64,000 nt of DNA from assembly GCA_977862235.1 (NCBI GenBank), contig OZ374562.1, forward strand, positions 1,364,001 through 1,428,000, given 5' to 3'. The stretch comes from Dudresnaya verticillata (lineage: Eukaryota). Shown here piece after piece: positions 24,460 to 37,905 of the stretch (position 1 is the stretch's first letter; each line of letters begins with the position of its first letter). Below the pieces are notes generated by a model that saw only the letters and a program-made list of their open reading frames with translations, made no database searches and had not been told where the DNA came from. Position numbers and translations under genes: made by a program.

Positions 24460-27250
24460 ATCCTGGATTAAAAGTATTGTTGACACAGTCTCAGATTTTA
24501 GATGACTCTGCCCTGGTCCTCGTATTCTCCTAGACGATATCCTCGTGAAACGCCGATCCCGGAAAGAGATGCTCGTGAAGAGATGCCAGGTACGGCAAGT
24601 GGAGCTCGGCAAGGGGTAAGAAGTGCAGAGTAAGTACAGTAGAGTAAGTACAGAATAACTGTCTGAGAGCACGCGTGGTTTGATTCAACACCCGGCTCTC
24701 TGCACAGGGCTCCAAAAGGACTGACTGTGGTCATTAAATAATTTTTGCTTTGGAAAGTTCGCAAGCACGTCAAAGCACGTCTATTCAGAAGCCGCTGTAC
24801 TCCTATCTTTGAGACCTATTCTATCGGAATGTGTCAACTAGTAATACTGGGCACACTCTCTTGGTTGCATTGGGAAGCGAGGAGGCGAAGTTGCATGGTT
24901 TTACAGCAATGCACCAGTGCGTCATAACAAGCCATACGCTGTGGTACACTGCAGACCGTTGTGGGCAGTCTGGGAGTCGGGTCGAACACGTTGTGATGGC
25001 ACTTTTTCATGAGTGGTATTGTCTACGAGCAAATACTCGGCTGTCGTAAAGGTCACGAGTTGGGGTTCGGAATTTTGAAGTGTTGAAGTGATACCAATAC
25101 TTCGGATTTACTATAGACACCGCTCTCCGCATTGTGAACAATGTTGCAATACAACTCTATTAGTTGTTTGACATACAGGATATATGTTACAATTTTATAC
25201 ACTTGCTTCCCTGCTGAAGCATCCAAGTGGAAATTGATAGAAGCAGTTATTGTATCCTTGTCATACAAGAGATCATCTGAGTATCGTGTATGCGTAGCTG
25301 TTAAGGAAATGGTAAGTGTAATAGAGTATCCCTAGTATTAGCTAGCTGGGTATAAATAGAGGCAGAGAGTAATGCCTCTGATAAACTAGGTATCTGATCA
25401 CGGACATAGTGAAGAGATCTACCATTTATCCAAAACCTACGAGAGAGTGTCCTATAACTTCTCTAAAGCGTGCCCTGATTTTGATCCATGACAAGGCAGA
25501 ACGGGCCCTGCTGAGTAGAAAACGAACGTTCATACAATACTGTAGGTTCCCAAACTCACAACTCGGAGGGACTGAATGTACTCGTGTTCGAGAACTAGAG
25601 CGAACTGCATGTCCATTACTGGTCCCAAAGCCTTGATGGAGTGTGCTCTGTCATGTTCTGGATACGGTCGAGTGGAACAGTGCACACTCTCTTTGCAGAA
25701 AGAAGCCTCCCCGTCTCTAACGAGAAGAATCAGATTACCACAGTAGTGTCTGTGACGTTCAGGGCTGTCGGCCAATTAATTGCAAGAGCAATATATTGCA
25801 TAGTACACATTAGTAATAGCACATTGAGTTGCTGAATGCAAATTGCAATTCTTGTTGCAGTGACATTGTGTATTGCAATACCTATTGGGCTGAGTAGTAT
25901 TATTTGAAGCCCTCTTGTTAAATGCAGTATACGATACGGATATGTGCTGTTTTGTGTGCGAGCGGGATCTGTAGTGTTGGATTGGATCCGTAAAGTCTGT
26001 TGTATTCCTCATTCTCTTCATCATACCTCTGGTAGAGTGTCCGGTCAAGCTATAGCCCAGCGTGAACGGGTCAAGCTGTCATATTATCTGCATGTACGTG
26101 GAAGCCTAGGCATGGCTTTGCGTGCTATGGTTATGGGTGATACGGCCGTATCAGTGTCCGATTTGACATCGGCATTCAAGGTATCGCTGATTACGTTGCT
26201 GTCAAGAAAGGGGCCTCCTCCCTCGATAAGCTTGCTCTATTAACGTCCCTTACTACGCTTGTTCTCCAATGTGTTGCAGTTAGCGTGAATCGCCGCAATA
26301 TATCCCCTCCTCCTGCTATGTGTCCTGGCAATTAGACCCTTTCCCAGGGTTGCTCCTTGGATTAAAATAAAGGTGTGTGCTAATCTTCCTCAAAATGAAT
26401 GAACGGTTTTGGGAAGAGCATCTTGTTTCCCATGCCATACAAGTTGCTTGTTCTGCCCGTGTTGCTGCCAGACTTGAACAGCACATTTTACAGGAGGTGC
26501 TTGCTAATTAAATCTATCATAATCATATATATTGTTCCGTAGGCGCATAAAACAGCAACTCATTGCACAAACTGATTGCACGACGTAGGCAGGTATTGCA
26601 GATGTTATTGGGGCGTGATAGCGGCTATATTGCTATATACATTGCCGAAGGGGAGAGCATTGGTGCAAACTATTGCTTACTGCTTTTGTGTGAGCAATAG
26701 CTTGCAATGTTATTGCCTGCAGTCCTGGTGACGGTGTCATTTTGTACACTAAGCGCTTACTAAAGCTTAACGCAATAATAACGTGAAGCACCAACTGAAT
26801 CCGTGAGTCAGGGTCCGTACAGACACCACAGCTTGCTGCAAGTTGATACACAAGAATACAAATGCATCGTTGGAAAATGAACCCGCCCAAAGGGCAATGA
26901 CGCGATTGTTGCTTCAACTACCGGTATGACTCTAGATCATGGACCAGAATAAGCCGAGCCTTGCGAATCCACGGCATGCTGGCGTCAACGCAACGCCAGC
27001 GTTGCACATAAACAATATTCTTAAACTGCGAGAAGCTACCATTGCTGTTGATAGTCACTCGCACGTGAAGCCACAACTACCGCTGGAAGACGATAGCAGC
27101 TTGTATGGAGAGTAGAGAGTCTCAAATAGCTCTCAGACTCCGCTTTAGCTAGAGTGTTTTTCAAAGTCCGACAAATGCGAGGACAGTTGTACAGTTTGTT
27201 TTTTCTTGGAAACAAGCTTTCCTCTCGAGCGTTTCCGTCGCGTATAACAA

Positions 27251-27322
27251 CGACTACACCGACCACAGCGATTACACCGACCACAGCGATTACACCGGCC
27301 GCAGCCATTCATCCGACCACAG
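27251..27322. repeat. 18-bp minisatellite x4 (cgattacaccgaccacag)
   Basis: Four imperfect consecutive units. Confidence 0.85.
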
Positions 27323-28019
27323 CAATACGTTGCTCGCGGCATCTTCCCGGACATGCCCATCTACGCCTCGCAGTTTGCACTCACCGTACAACTCATCATT
27401 GACAGTATTCCCCGCTATTACAACCAGGCCCTTCCGTCTCCGTCACCCGAAGAAGACGCACGCCCGACGCGTCCCTGCGAGTCCATTGGTCTGCCACAGA
27501 CCAAACGGCCACATCATTCTTCCCAACGGACAATCCATCGGTGAAAAGGAAATGATTACTTTATTCGCTAATGCAGTAATCACATCGAAACAATGACTAG
27601 TCCAAAGAGGCCTGAATGCCTGTAGAAGGGTAGCAGATAACGTCGTAGCGCCTCTGAAAGCGAAAAGATGTATACTAACGAAGATAAGGACTTGAAGTGA
27701 ATGAGCAGGGGTAGGGCGGGGGGTAGAACGAAGGAAAGAACTTTCCGAGAAAGCAATGGTTGTCTTCGGCCGGGGTCTCTTATAGGTCGGGATGACTGCT
27801 GTAGCCGACGGCTGTATCAGAGTTATCGCACTCACCCAAGACCGACGTGCAACCCAGAACTGTCCGACGAAGCAAGTCGTCTGTGTAGAAATTCATACTT
27901 CGTCCGAAAGATGCCGTTTCTGAGCGCTTGTATTCTTGCAACCCAGCAGTTCTGATTTGAGGACATTCGGCAGGCTTCCTACTCTTAGCATGACTTTTCA
28001 AGTGTGTAAAGCAATTGGT

Positions 28020-28373
28020 TCACCAACTGAAGTCCATTCCGTAGCAGAGCAGCATTCTGTTCCAGCAAAGCTTCTGAAGGGATGGGAGCGAAGAGGGTGG
28101 AGAGCCGCAAAGTGACCAGAAATAAAGTCGCATTTCTGTAGACAGGTGAATCCGAGAATCAAAATAGACATCGATAACCATGTGACTATTCCTCCAACCA
28201 CCGCGCCTGGGGATTGCTGGTAGAGGGGCCAAAGTCAGTATCTGTGCGGTAACACTGCCACTGCGCAAACTGTGAGATGTGTAGGATTTAAAACGACGCG
28301 GAACAACCTACAGAGCTGTGAGACAGTCGGTAAGCTCCTCAGTGACGATCTGAGAGCACAGAAAAAAGAAGCA
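28020..28373 (-). pseudogene. C-terminal catalytic part of a DIRS tyrosine recombinase
   Basis: YTSHSLRSG (HxLR), RRGGW and VY catalytic region. Confidence 0.85.
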
Positions 28374-28524
28374 CTACAAGGACATTCGGGGGACCGCACA
28401 TTGATCCGTTCCACCCCCGCCACCCGAAGCTTCCACGAGCCCTGACGTCACATCTCGAGCCCATTGGCTACCATTCCCACAACGGACAAATCATCCCCAC
28501 CAAACGGCCAAGCCACCCCGCGTC

Positions 28525-30463
28525 ATGTGCTCCGCGTCGCCCGGCTCGCCGGGCCCGAGATCAACCCACAATGACGTAACGTCGAAACCCCCAGATCGCA
28601 AAAGAAATCTCCCAACAACCAAGCGACCTGACGAGAGATACACGTCGGTAAGCGTCAGAAACCAACCCAAGAAATTTAGAACTGACCAAGCCGCCCATGC
28701 TCTCCACACCGCCGACGGCACCCCACCCGTTCCTCCACAAGCCCCCCACCCTACGCGCCGCCCTGGCGCAACCGATGCACGGAGTGTTTTTTCTGTCACC
28801 ACTCAGAACACGCACGCTCGACTTGTCGACATCGCAGCGCAGATCGACCCTGTCCTCTTCGACCCAGACACCCTCGCCTTTTGCGTTTGCCCTGTCTGCC
28901 CCAACCCGCGCCCGTCCTCCCTCACACCGGTCCCTCTCCAACCTCCGGCACTCCGCTGCCGCATCTGCCAGTCCCCTTTCGAAGAAGCCGCACTACTCCG
29001 CGTCCTGCAACTTAACGACGCCCTACGGCACGCCTCGATCAAAATGGCGAAGCTGCTGGAGAAGCCCCGCTCAACCTCGCGAACTGACCTGAGGGCCAGA
29101 GCAACCGACACCGCCATTGCAAGCCTTGAGGCATCCATTCAGCGTCAGGAAACCGGTCTGCTTGAGACGAGAGCAGAGCTCTCCGCGCAGAGGGATCGCA
29201 TGAGCGTGATCGAGCGGAATCTGGACGACACGCGCAGGTCCCTGTCTTCCCGAATCGACGAAACGGCGTCTACCTTCCATGCCAAGATGGAAACCGTCTC
29301 GGACCGCCTCACAGATCAAATGCATTCTTCGGCACGAGAAGCGCGTGATGAAGCCGCTGAGCTGGCCAAGAAAAAGACAGAGCACCTGGCGTCGCTCATC
29401 GCATGCCACCGGAAAACTCCCGAACCCACCGCCGCCAGCCGCGAAGAGGGACGGCCTAAACCCGGACCCGCTGCGCCCCGCCAGGACAGTGGGTCTCATG
29501 GTCCCTCTGTTCACACTCGCCTGCCGGTCTCTAAACCGCATCCGTCGGCCTCAGCTAACCGCGCTGGCCTGAATGGCACGACGCCCCCATCAGTAGCACC
29601 CCCAGCCAACCCACATGGCCATACCCCAAATCTCGAGGCAGCACGTGCCCCTGCGCAAAGCCGACCGCTTCCCACGACCATGGCTGACCTTCACACCATG
29701 TACCCTACCGACCGCGGCCCGAGTGGGGACTTGTGTGAATTGCGAAGCCCGCTCACAGTGTCGTACTTCTATTACGATAAATGGGTTCGTCTTAGCGACT
29801 TGCAACGCTGCATTCTCAATGATGTCCTACACGGCAATCTTCGTGCCCTCCGAAACATTTACTACCACAGCACGACATCTCCCTATATCGTGGAAGTTGT
29901 CTACGAAGAGTCCGCTCACACTCTGCTCGCGGAGAAGCTACATCGATTCTTGCGCCCTGTCCCGGACCATTTTGACCCCCTCCACCCCCCCCACAGACAG
30001 CCCGCCCTCCCTGGCCCCGGAACATCACCTTCTTAGTGTTGCGACCCGTTGGTGGCGTAATGGCAAACTCAACCCGCATCTCCCCACAGCCATGTGGTAC
30101 CAAGAACGCCTTCGTACACTTGTGGCCGTCCACCCATCCGTTCTCCACCGCCTTCAAGCGCGCGTAGACAAGGATGGAATGGATCAGGCCCTTGGACTTC
30201 GCCAGTGTGGCAACCGACCCCGTATCGTACACTCCTTCCACTGGAAGCGCGGAAATGTTCCTGACCCGTCCCTGGATGGCACGACAGTGCCCAAGCTTGT
30301 GGATGCAACCTGCCCCCCTCCGCCGCGGAGCCCGGATACGATGGTAGTACAGCGGCCCCATCCCGCGGCCCACGGAAGTACCGATCGTACCTACCCCACC
30401 CTCCTGCCCCAAACAGTACTCCCCGACACATCGGGACCCCCAAACGCCCCCAACCTTGAATGA
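28525..30463 (+). pseudogene. LINE ORF1 (Cys-cluster zinc-binding region, coiled coil), frameshifted near 30000-30030
   Basis: CVCPVC...CRIC cluster and heptad-rich region. The continuation in the 29615-30463 frame ends in a TGA that overlaps the ORF2 ATG. Confidence 0.7.
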
Positions 30464-33400
30464 TCGCTGGAACATGGAATGTTGCAGGGCTCGCATCTAA
30501 CTTGCCGGATGTCATGGATCTATTAACGACTTTAAACCTCGGCGTTCTGATCCTCACCGAAACGCATGTTCCTCCCCTTGCAACCCCTCCCTCCCTCACC
30601 CCACGTTTGAGCTACCAGCGACAAGGGCTACTGCCCGCGGCCCATGGCTTGGGGGCATAGCAATTATCGCTCGCCCGGAGCTGCGCGCTTCGCTCCGATA
30701 CACCCTCACACCACAGCCACCGCTCCACCCAGCGCTATATCAGTTACTGTGTATCCATCTTCCGGCCTATGGAGATATCGTCGGGGCTTACATCAGCCCC
30801 CGCGCTGATAAACCCACTCTTACCAACGTACTTGATTAAATCAAGTCTCGGTTTTCATGCCCCACGCTTCTGATGGGGGACTTCAACGCACGCCATCCGT
30901 CTTGGTGCTCAGCACACAACCCCCGCGGCCAAGCCCTCGCGTCGTGGTGCTCTCGGAATCCGTTCACAATCTCCGCCCCCCCTGTACCGACCTTCCACAG
31001 TGGCAATGGCAGCGGTGGTTCAAGCACCATCGACTTGTGCGTCGCCAACTGTGATCCCCTTGCACAACCCCACGTCGCTGAAGGTACCTGGTACGGGGCC
31101 AGTGACTACGCACCCATCGTCGCCACCCTCCGACCGCGCTTCCCCACTCCGTCCCTGGCCCCAACCTGCGCCAAGCGCGCCCGCCACCGGGTTACCAAGA
31201 CGACTTTGGCGAACCCAAAACACTACGAAGCTGTCAGAGAATGCTACCGAGAATCCCTGCCCCCCTTTATTGCAGAACTGAAAACCTCCAGGACCTCGCT
31301 TGGGGCTCAGAACACCCTTGCCAAACTCCCTACCATCCTCTCAAAGCCTTGGGTTAGCGTTGCACCCGCAAGACCCCGTCGTTTCAAGCCACACTGGTCC
31401 ATTGAGCTCGACTGCATGCGACGGCATAGGCGCCGTGCGTTCCGGCGAATGACAAGCTCTGCTGCAGCACCCCAACGCGCCGCTGCTGAACAGGAATACC
31501 GTAAGCTACAGCGTGTTATACATTCCCGAGTTCGAGCCATCAAGCGTCGCCAGAAGGAGAGATCCCAGCAAGAGTTGCTTCAACGCCCTCACTCTGACTT
31601 GGCTACTGCGATACGTGCGCAACAGATGAAGCGCAAGCGACGACTTCGGCTCCAAAACTCTACAGGACCCTCTCCAGCCCCAGCCCGCTTCACCCGGCAC
31701 ATGCGATCTCCCGCCACTGTCCCACCCACGCCAGCTTCCCAAGAATTTTATGTTCCTCCTTCCTTCCGGCAGTCCATCCTTCGGGCCATCTACTCCATGG
31801 CAAGCGGAAAAGCGGTTGGACCAGACAACACACACGTGGAAATACTGAAGCTCTGTCCCTCCCTCTGTGCTGACTTGCTTTTTGCAGTGTGGCAGTGTTG
31901 TGGCCGATTTGGAATATTCCCAAGTGCCTGGAATGAGGGCGTCCTGATTCCTGTTCACAAGTCCGGACCGGTTGAAGATCCAGACAACCACCGCCCCCTT
32001 TGTATGCTCTCCCATTTACGAAAAGTTATTGACAGAGCAATCGCCTACGAAATAGAGGGCGTCTACTCACCGCACTACATGCAGCTGGGCTTCCAGCGAC
32101 ACTTGCGCGCTGATATGGCTATTGCGTTGACTCTCGCGGCCAACGCAACTGGCGACGACTACACTGCTGTTCTGGACATGAAACGGGCTTACGATCGAGT
32201 TGACCGCCACAAACTACTGCAAACGTGCTCCGACCGGCTCCCCCCGCACCTCGTCGCTATGATTTCGACAACGCTTGGCCCCTTGACTGTCCACACCGCC
32301 GAAGATGCTACAAACACAATTGCAGAGATTCGCAGTGGAGTGGTCCAAGGCTCGCCTCTCAGCCCAATCCTGTTCAACATTTTTATCGATGCGCTGGCAT
32401 ACGATCTGTGCGAAAAGCTTGGAAGGCGTGACACAAACCCCCCGGGCCGGCTCTTTGCCGACGACTGCCTCATACATGTTAGTTCGGCTCCCGAACGCCG
32501 GCAGTCCCTCCTGGTTTGTGACAAATGGGCACAGAAGTACGGGATGACTTGGTCTGTACAGAAATGTGCTGTGCTGCTCCCACACCACCACAGAGGCCGC
32601 CTTAGCTCTGCGCAGTTCCGCCTAGCTGGACAGCCTGTCCCCCATCGCGATACGACTCGATACCTTGGAGTGGACATCTCCCCCGACGGAGCTCAAACAT
32701 CAACTGTGCTGACTCGTGTTGACTCAGCACAGAAGAATCTTCGATCACTAGCCGCACTGGGCATCGTATCACCCAAAATGCCAGCCAGTGCCTGCCGTTT
32801 CACATACAATACCTTCATACGCTCAACTTACGAGCATGGCTGCACCCTGGTAAGCTATACAGCTGAAACGCAAGCCGCGATGGACAGCCTGGATGCTGCA
32901 TTCTTCCGACTAGTGCTGTCGCAGCCGTCGAAACGCATGCCCCGTACCCGGCTACAGAAGCTCCGCGCGATCTTTCAGATTGAACCGCCTCTCCTGCGCC
33001 AACGAGCCCTACAGCACAAGCTTATCGCCTCCCTCCAACGTCGTGCTCGACACCAACCGCGCCTATCGCGCCCCTCCTGGCAGGCTCGACACACATTAAG
33101 TGCCCTCCGCCATGTGCCCAATGACACATTACAAGAGGCGCTACAGAACCCGCTCCCCCGTCGCGTCCTTGTCCAGCAATGCCATTCAGCCTGGAAGGAA
33201 GCCCTGGCGGGGCACCGCCCCGCTCCTCTCCCCACGCCTTCGTGTCCCGCGCCGGCCCTGCGACTCGCCGACTACCGCGACAGACTGCTGGCCATCCGGT
33301 GGCATTTGGGTACCTTCCCCATCCCCCCTTCCTGCCCTACCAAACGTGCAACCCTTCGAACCCACACCCAAGCCCTCCATCTGCTCTCCAATCCAGACGC

Positions 33401-33506
33401 CACCCCAGACGATCTACACACCATTGCCAGTACGATCGCCGCCATCCGCACCCTGTGCTCTGCCGAGTTTCCCTCTCTGAACACGCCGCCATCCTCCCAA
33501 TCATAG
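30460..33506 (+). pseudogene. LINE ORF2 (AP endonuclease + reverse transcriptase), disrupted in the endonuclease domain
   Basis: TWNV, LTETH, GDFNARH, STIDL, SDY; RT motifs QLGF, LDMKRAYD, QGSPLSP, LFADD, YLG. Frameshift near 30600-30650 and stop near 30837. Confidence 0.92.
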
Positions 33507-33654
33507 ACACACCACCGCTGTCCTTTTCTCCTTCCCGGGGTACACTACAGTGACAGCCCTCTGCCACTGTAGCTGATCCTGGTGTGCCTGCACATGGGCC
33601 TTTAAGTCGCCCGAGCAGGACCACCTAAAACAACCATTAAAAGTTTACCATCAC

Positions 33655-33755
33655 AGAAGCAGACCCGGTCTCGTCCAGTATAGATCATCAGCATTGAAGA
33701 GACGACGGCGTTCGATGAAGCCGAGTTGCAGGGCCAGTGGGTTTCTGTTGGTGAA
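33655..33755 (-). pseudogene. Middle fragment of the DIRS tyrosine recombinase between the LINE and gypsy insertions
   Basis: Lies between the two TSD-defined insertions and reads FTNRNPLALQLGFIERR, continuing from 50303. Confidence 0.65.
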
Positions 33756-34066
33756 TGTTGCGTTCAGGTTGCGTTCAGGAAGCAGATCCGGTTTGAGACA
33801 GGTTTTCTATTCATGACGTGGTTTCGATTTGCGACATGGATTCGGTTGACTACGTGGTTTCCGTGTATAATACGGTTTCGGTTGACTATATGGTTCACGT
33901 TTTGTGGCATGGTTTGGGTTTCGAAAATGATTTGCGTTTCTCGCAATGTGCCTTCGCTTCGCATAAAGATAAATAGCTAGTACACAGTGGTAGAAGAGTA
34001 AAGAAGCACTCAGTGTCAAGACGTCAACGAGAGTACGCATTTGGTGTTCAATAAGGATCCGCAACA
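33756..34066 (+). repeat. 5' LTR of the outer gypsy (contains degenerate 18-bp repeats)
   Basis: Direct repeat of 49981-50302. Confidence 0.93.
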
Positions 34067-35037
34067 TTAGTTTAAACTATTATGTTCGCTCTCGCCGCTC
34101 ATGTGCGCATCTAAGTTATCCTAACGACGGCAGGACTCCATGTTCACTTCGGAGACTTCGTTTATTCCGAAAAACGCCCGTGGGATCTGTTGTGGGAACT
34201 TTGTGACACCCACGCCACTGTAGCTGGGAGTTGGAGTCGGTTGGGCGTCGGGAGCAATCATGACGACGCAGGCCGGAAGAATATCAGCATTGGAATAAAA
34301 AATGAAGGAGTCGAGTTCGGCCATTGAAAGGCTCCGGAAGGGACAAGAGGCTGCACAGATTCAGTCGGACCGTATTGAAGGTCAACTAACTAATATCTCG
34401 AACACCCTTGCTGCTATCATGAAGAGTAGAGGTTAATAATGAGGAGGGAAACACTGTGTGAGGAAGGAAGATAAGACAAAATATAATGGATAGATCAAAT
34501 AAGAAAGTTTGATTGATTGTGTTATAATAGTTCTTCTCGTTCTGATGCCTTAGATCAAGAATAAACAAACTATTGAGGGTTCTTATAGACTTTCTACGTC
34601 TCAGCTTGAGATAGTATTCTAGTAGTTCAGAAAGTCAACAAGAATATAGACGTTACTACTGTATAAGTGGAAGTCTTGTATCTTAGCAATATTGTATTGA
34701 TCTGATATTGCATGCATGTAATGCAATATCTCTAAGCAAATATCCATCAAGGATACAAGTTAGATATTACTTCCTTTCTTGAAGTAAACCAAGTGATTTG
34801 GTAGAGTTTTTGTGTATTGCTTCTGTAAACTGACAACAAATCTTGCCGTCGAACATTAATAATTGTAGCACATCAACCATTGAACTTCCAACCTTGGTTA
34901 AGGCGTCGGCGACATTGATTATTCAAGGAATCCAAATGAGGTTTTGCAGTGACTACTCCCTTTGACTTGGTGTTAACTCGACACCCATCGGATATTATTG
35001 TGCGTGGCACCCCTGTGGAGTTGGAAGAAACCGTTAC

Positions 35038-35951
35038 TGTAGTGCCAGTGGGGGGTCCCCCTTTTTCGCTTTCAAGCGGCTTGATATTCTTCCTCTACCG
35101 ACGGACGACCGCCAACGGCGCGCTCAACCCGCCCGCGGCGCAAACACGTCACCGACGCATGCCGCTGGCCACTTGGGCCAGAACGGCTCGCTTGGCGTGC
35201 AGACCGCACGCCTGAACCCGGGCACTGTACGGCGCCACGCGTACGCGCATGACACAGTGGCGGGAACGTTCGCTGTAAGCGTGGCCCGAATCCGGATCCA
35301 ATCGGGATCCCACATCGGGATCAGACATCGGGATTAAGGGGTGTAAGGCACGCGCCTGTAAGCCTGGCGCATCCGCATGGCTGGCCCGAATCCGGACTAG
35401 ATCGGGATTGGTGCGGATCGAGATCGCACGCGCCATGGGGCGCATGCGGCTGTAAAGAAGTAATCCACGTGTAGGTGTAATGACTCGAGCGGGGAAGCTA
35501 CGCGTGATCTGTCAGGAGCGCGGCTGCATGACGAACGGATCTGTCAGACGCGCCTCGGGACAACACGTGTCCCGAGTTCCCGCGCGACGCGTACACCCGC
35601 GTCGCCGCCGCTAGGTAATTCTATTCTTAGCTGATCCGTCTCAGAGGTCACAGTAAACCCCGGCAAGCCGGCCTTGGTCCAGACTTCCCCGTTCAGCACG
35701 CGCGTACCCTACCGCTGCCTACGGCTAAGCGTCTACCTCCCGTGCTTCCAAGTCGCTACCCGTCTTCGACGTGTTCCCCTTTTTGTTTCTTCTGTTCCTC
35801 CTTTCCGCCTCGGGCGTTTACAGTCCGCCCAAGGCGAGTCAACCGCTCTACCACAAGTCGCCCAAGGCGACGCTACCAACCGCCAAGGGCGTCGCTACCC
35901 ACCGAGTCCCGAACTGCTCGGCGGTGTTCCGTCAACGACATTTGCACTACA
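35038..35951 (+). mobile_element. Solo LTR (914 bp) inside the chromovirus integrase
   Basis: tgtagtgc...gcactaca termini; 5-bp TSD gttac (35033-35037 / 35952-35956). The integrase frame rejoins (EETVT-EGRMTP). Confidence 0.9.
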
Positions 35952-36387
35952 GTTACGGAGGGGCGTATGACGCCCGTACTCCAAAAGCGGGGAACCATGC
36001 GGCGTTTGCGTTATGCCCTACAGAAGGCGCAGACCAGACAGACTACAGCCCAGTTGAAGTCTAAGGCCCTCTTCGACCGTAAGGTGCGTTTCCGACCGTT
36101 GGTTCGCGGTGGCGATCAAGTCTCCGTAGATCGCCCGCCACGTAATCTACGGCCCACCGAACGGAAGGAACGCGACCGACTGGGTCAAGGCCCTGACCAC
36201 GTCGGTGAATTTGCGGAACAAATGAAGAAGCTCCTCCCACGATGGATGGGCCCCTACTAGTTACACACCGCAACGGACACTGTAGTCACAATCAAGAAGG
36301 ATGGCGTCCTGATTCCCATCAGCATCGATCGCATCACCAAGGTACCAATTGGAGTTCCTGTGCAACCGGCGCCGCTATTGGCTCTGC

Positions 36388-37905
36388 GGCGCACCAGACG
36401 CCCGACCCACAGCACTGCGGTGTTAATGGCCTCGTTTGCCGACGTTGGAAGGGGCATACCCGCGTCTCTACACCCTTCGCGGAGTCTCTGCAGAGCAGCC
36501 CCATCGACACGCAAATCCACGTCGCACCACGTCGCCATCTCCACATCGGTCCTTCTCTTTCTTGACCGTGACGGAATCGGTAGGCCTTGCTGCGGTACCA
36601 GCTGGACCCAAGGGTGTGACGCAGACGACGGAGTCACTCGACTCCGTCGACGTCGGCTTGAGCACGTCGCCCCGCTTCGGTGTATCTCCCTGCAACGACG
36701 TGGACGGTACAGTACCCCAGCAGGCGGGAGGCACCACAGTAGCACCCCAAACACCAGATGGTATTACTGTAACGCCCCAAACGCCAGGCGGTATTCCGGC
36801 CCCCGTGCCGGAGATAATCGATTCCGACACGGAGTATGTCATCGAGCAGGTCGTGGGACACCGCTAAGAACCCACGGGCATGACCTACAAGGTGCGTTGG
36901 TACGGCTACCCACCAGACCAGGACACTTATCAACCCACTGAGGAGTTGCCGCAAAACTTCATACGCCGCTATTGGAATAGAAAGCGCACGGCAGCCGCCG
37001 CAGCTCGACGTCGCCGAGCTCCCACGCGTCGATAGCCAGTCGCTATTCACCCACGAAGTAGGGGTTTTGGCAAAATCGGGCATGACCCGTGGACTCCGTG
37101 TTCACAGAACCCTTTCCCAAGGGGCTCTACTCCATATTGGTGACTTGGCGTTGGTACAATATGGGCATGACCTCTGGAATCTGTGACCACAGAACCCTTG
37201 CCCAAGGGGCTCTACTCCATATTGGTGAATCGCCGGCAAGCGAGCAACCACTTCTGGTATTAGGTGGTCTTCAACCTGACGCAAAGCCTTGTATGGTGGA
37301 GGGTATCCCAGCCACTTCGGGACTCACTCCACAGTGGTGTTATTCCACTTCCCCTCCGCCAGTGGAAGGGGGGCTCACACAAATCACGAGATTGTATTGA
37401 CAAGTGGCATTACTACGCTTACACGGCATTCCGCGGGCGTTTCGCTGGTGGCGCCAGGTCAGCCTCCGTATCCTCCTCTTTGGCCGCACTCTCCTCCAAG
37501 TCGGGAATGTCCTCACCATACACCCTTGCGGTAATCATGGTGAGTCTCCTACCGGTGTCTGTCATGCGACGACGCAAAGCGCGAATGGTGCGCCGCAGGC
37601 GCACCAGACGCCCGACCCACAGCACTGCGGTGTTAATGGCCTCGTTTGCCGACGTTGGAAGGGGCATACCCGCATCTCTACACCCTTCGCGGAGTCTCTG
37701 CAGAGCAGCCCCATCGACACGCAAATCCACGTCGCACCACGTCGCCATCTCCACATCGGTCCTTCTCTTTCTTGACCGTGACGGAATCGGTAGGCCTTGC
37801 TGCGGTACCAGCTGGACCCAAGGGTGTGACGTAGACGACGGAGTCACTCGACTCCGTCGACGTCGGCTTGAGCACGTCGCCCCGCTTCGGTGTATCTCCC
37901 TGCAA
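36388..37905. repeat. 308-bp direct repeat (36388-36695 and 37598-37905)
   Basis: Two copies with 2 substitutions seen. Confidence 0.93.

Larger units (their letters stand above)
28374..33654 (+). mobile_element. Near full-length LINE (APE + RT) inserted in the DIRS recombinase gene
   Basis: ORF1 + ORF2 organisation; candidate 7-bp TSD agaagca (28367-28373 / 33655-33661); 3' hairpin and A-rich tail. Confidence 0.88.

Noticed and set aside
25140..25500. Possible solo LTR around TATAAATAG at ~25351
   Set aside because: Could not define TG...CA ends or a TSD.
27251..27322. Possible CRISPR-like array
   Set aside because: Contiguous 18-bp units with no unique spacers, no cas genes and a eukaryotic context.
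33726..34067. Repetitive ORFs (NRNHVV / WFRFAT)
   Set aside because: Translation of the 18-bp repeats inside the gypsy LTR, not genes.
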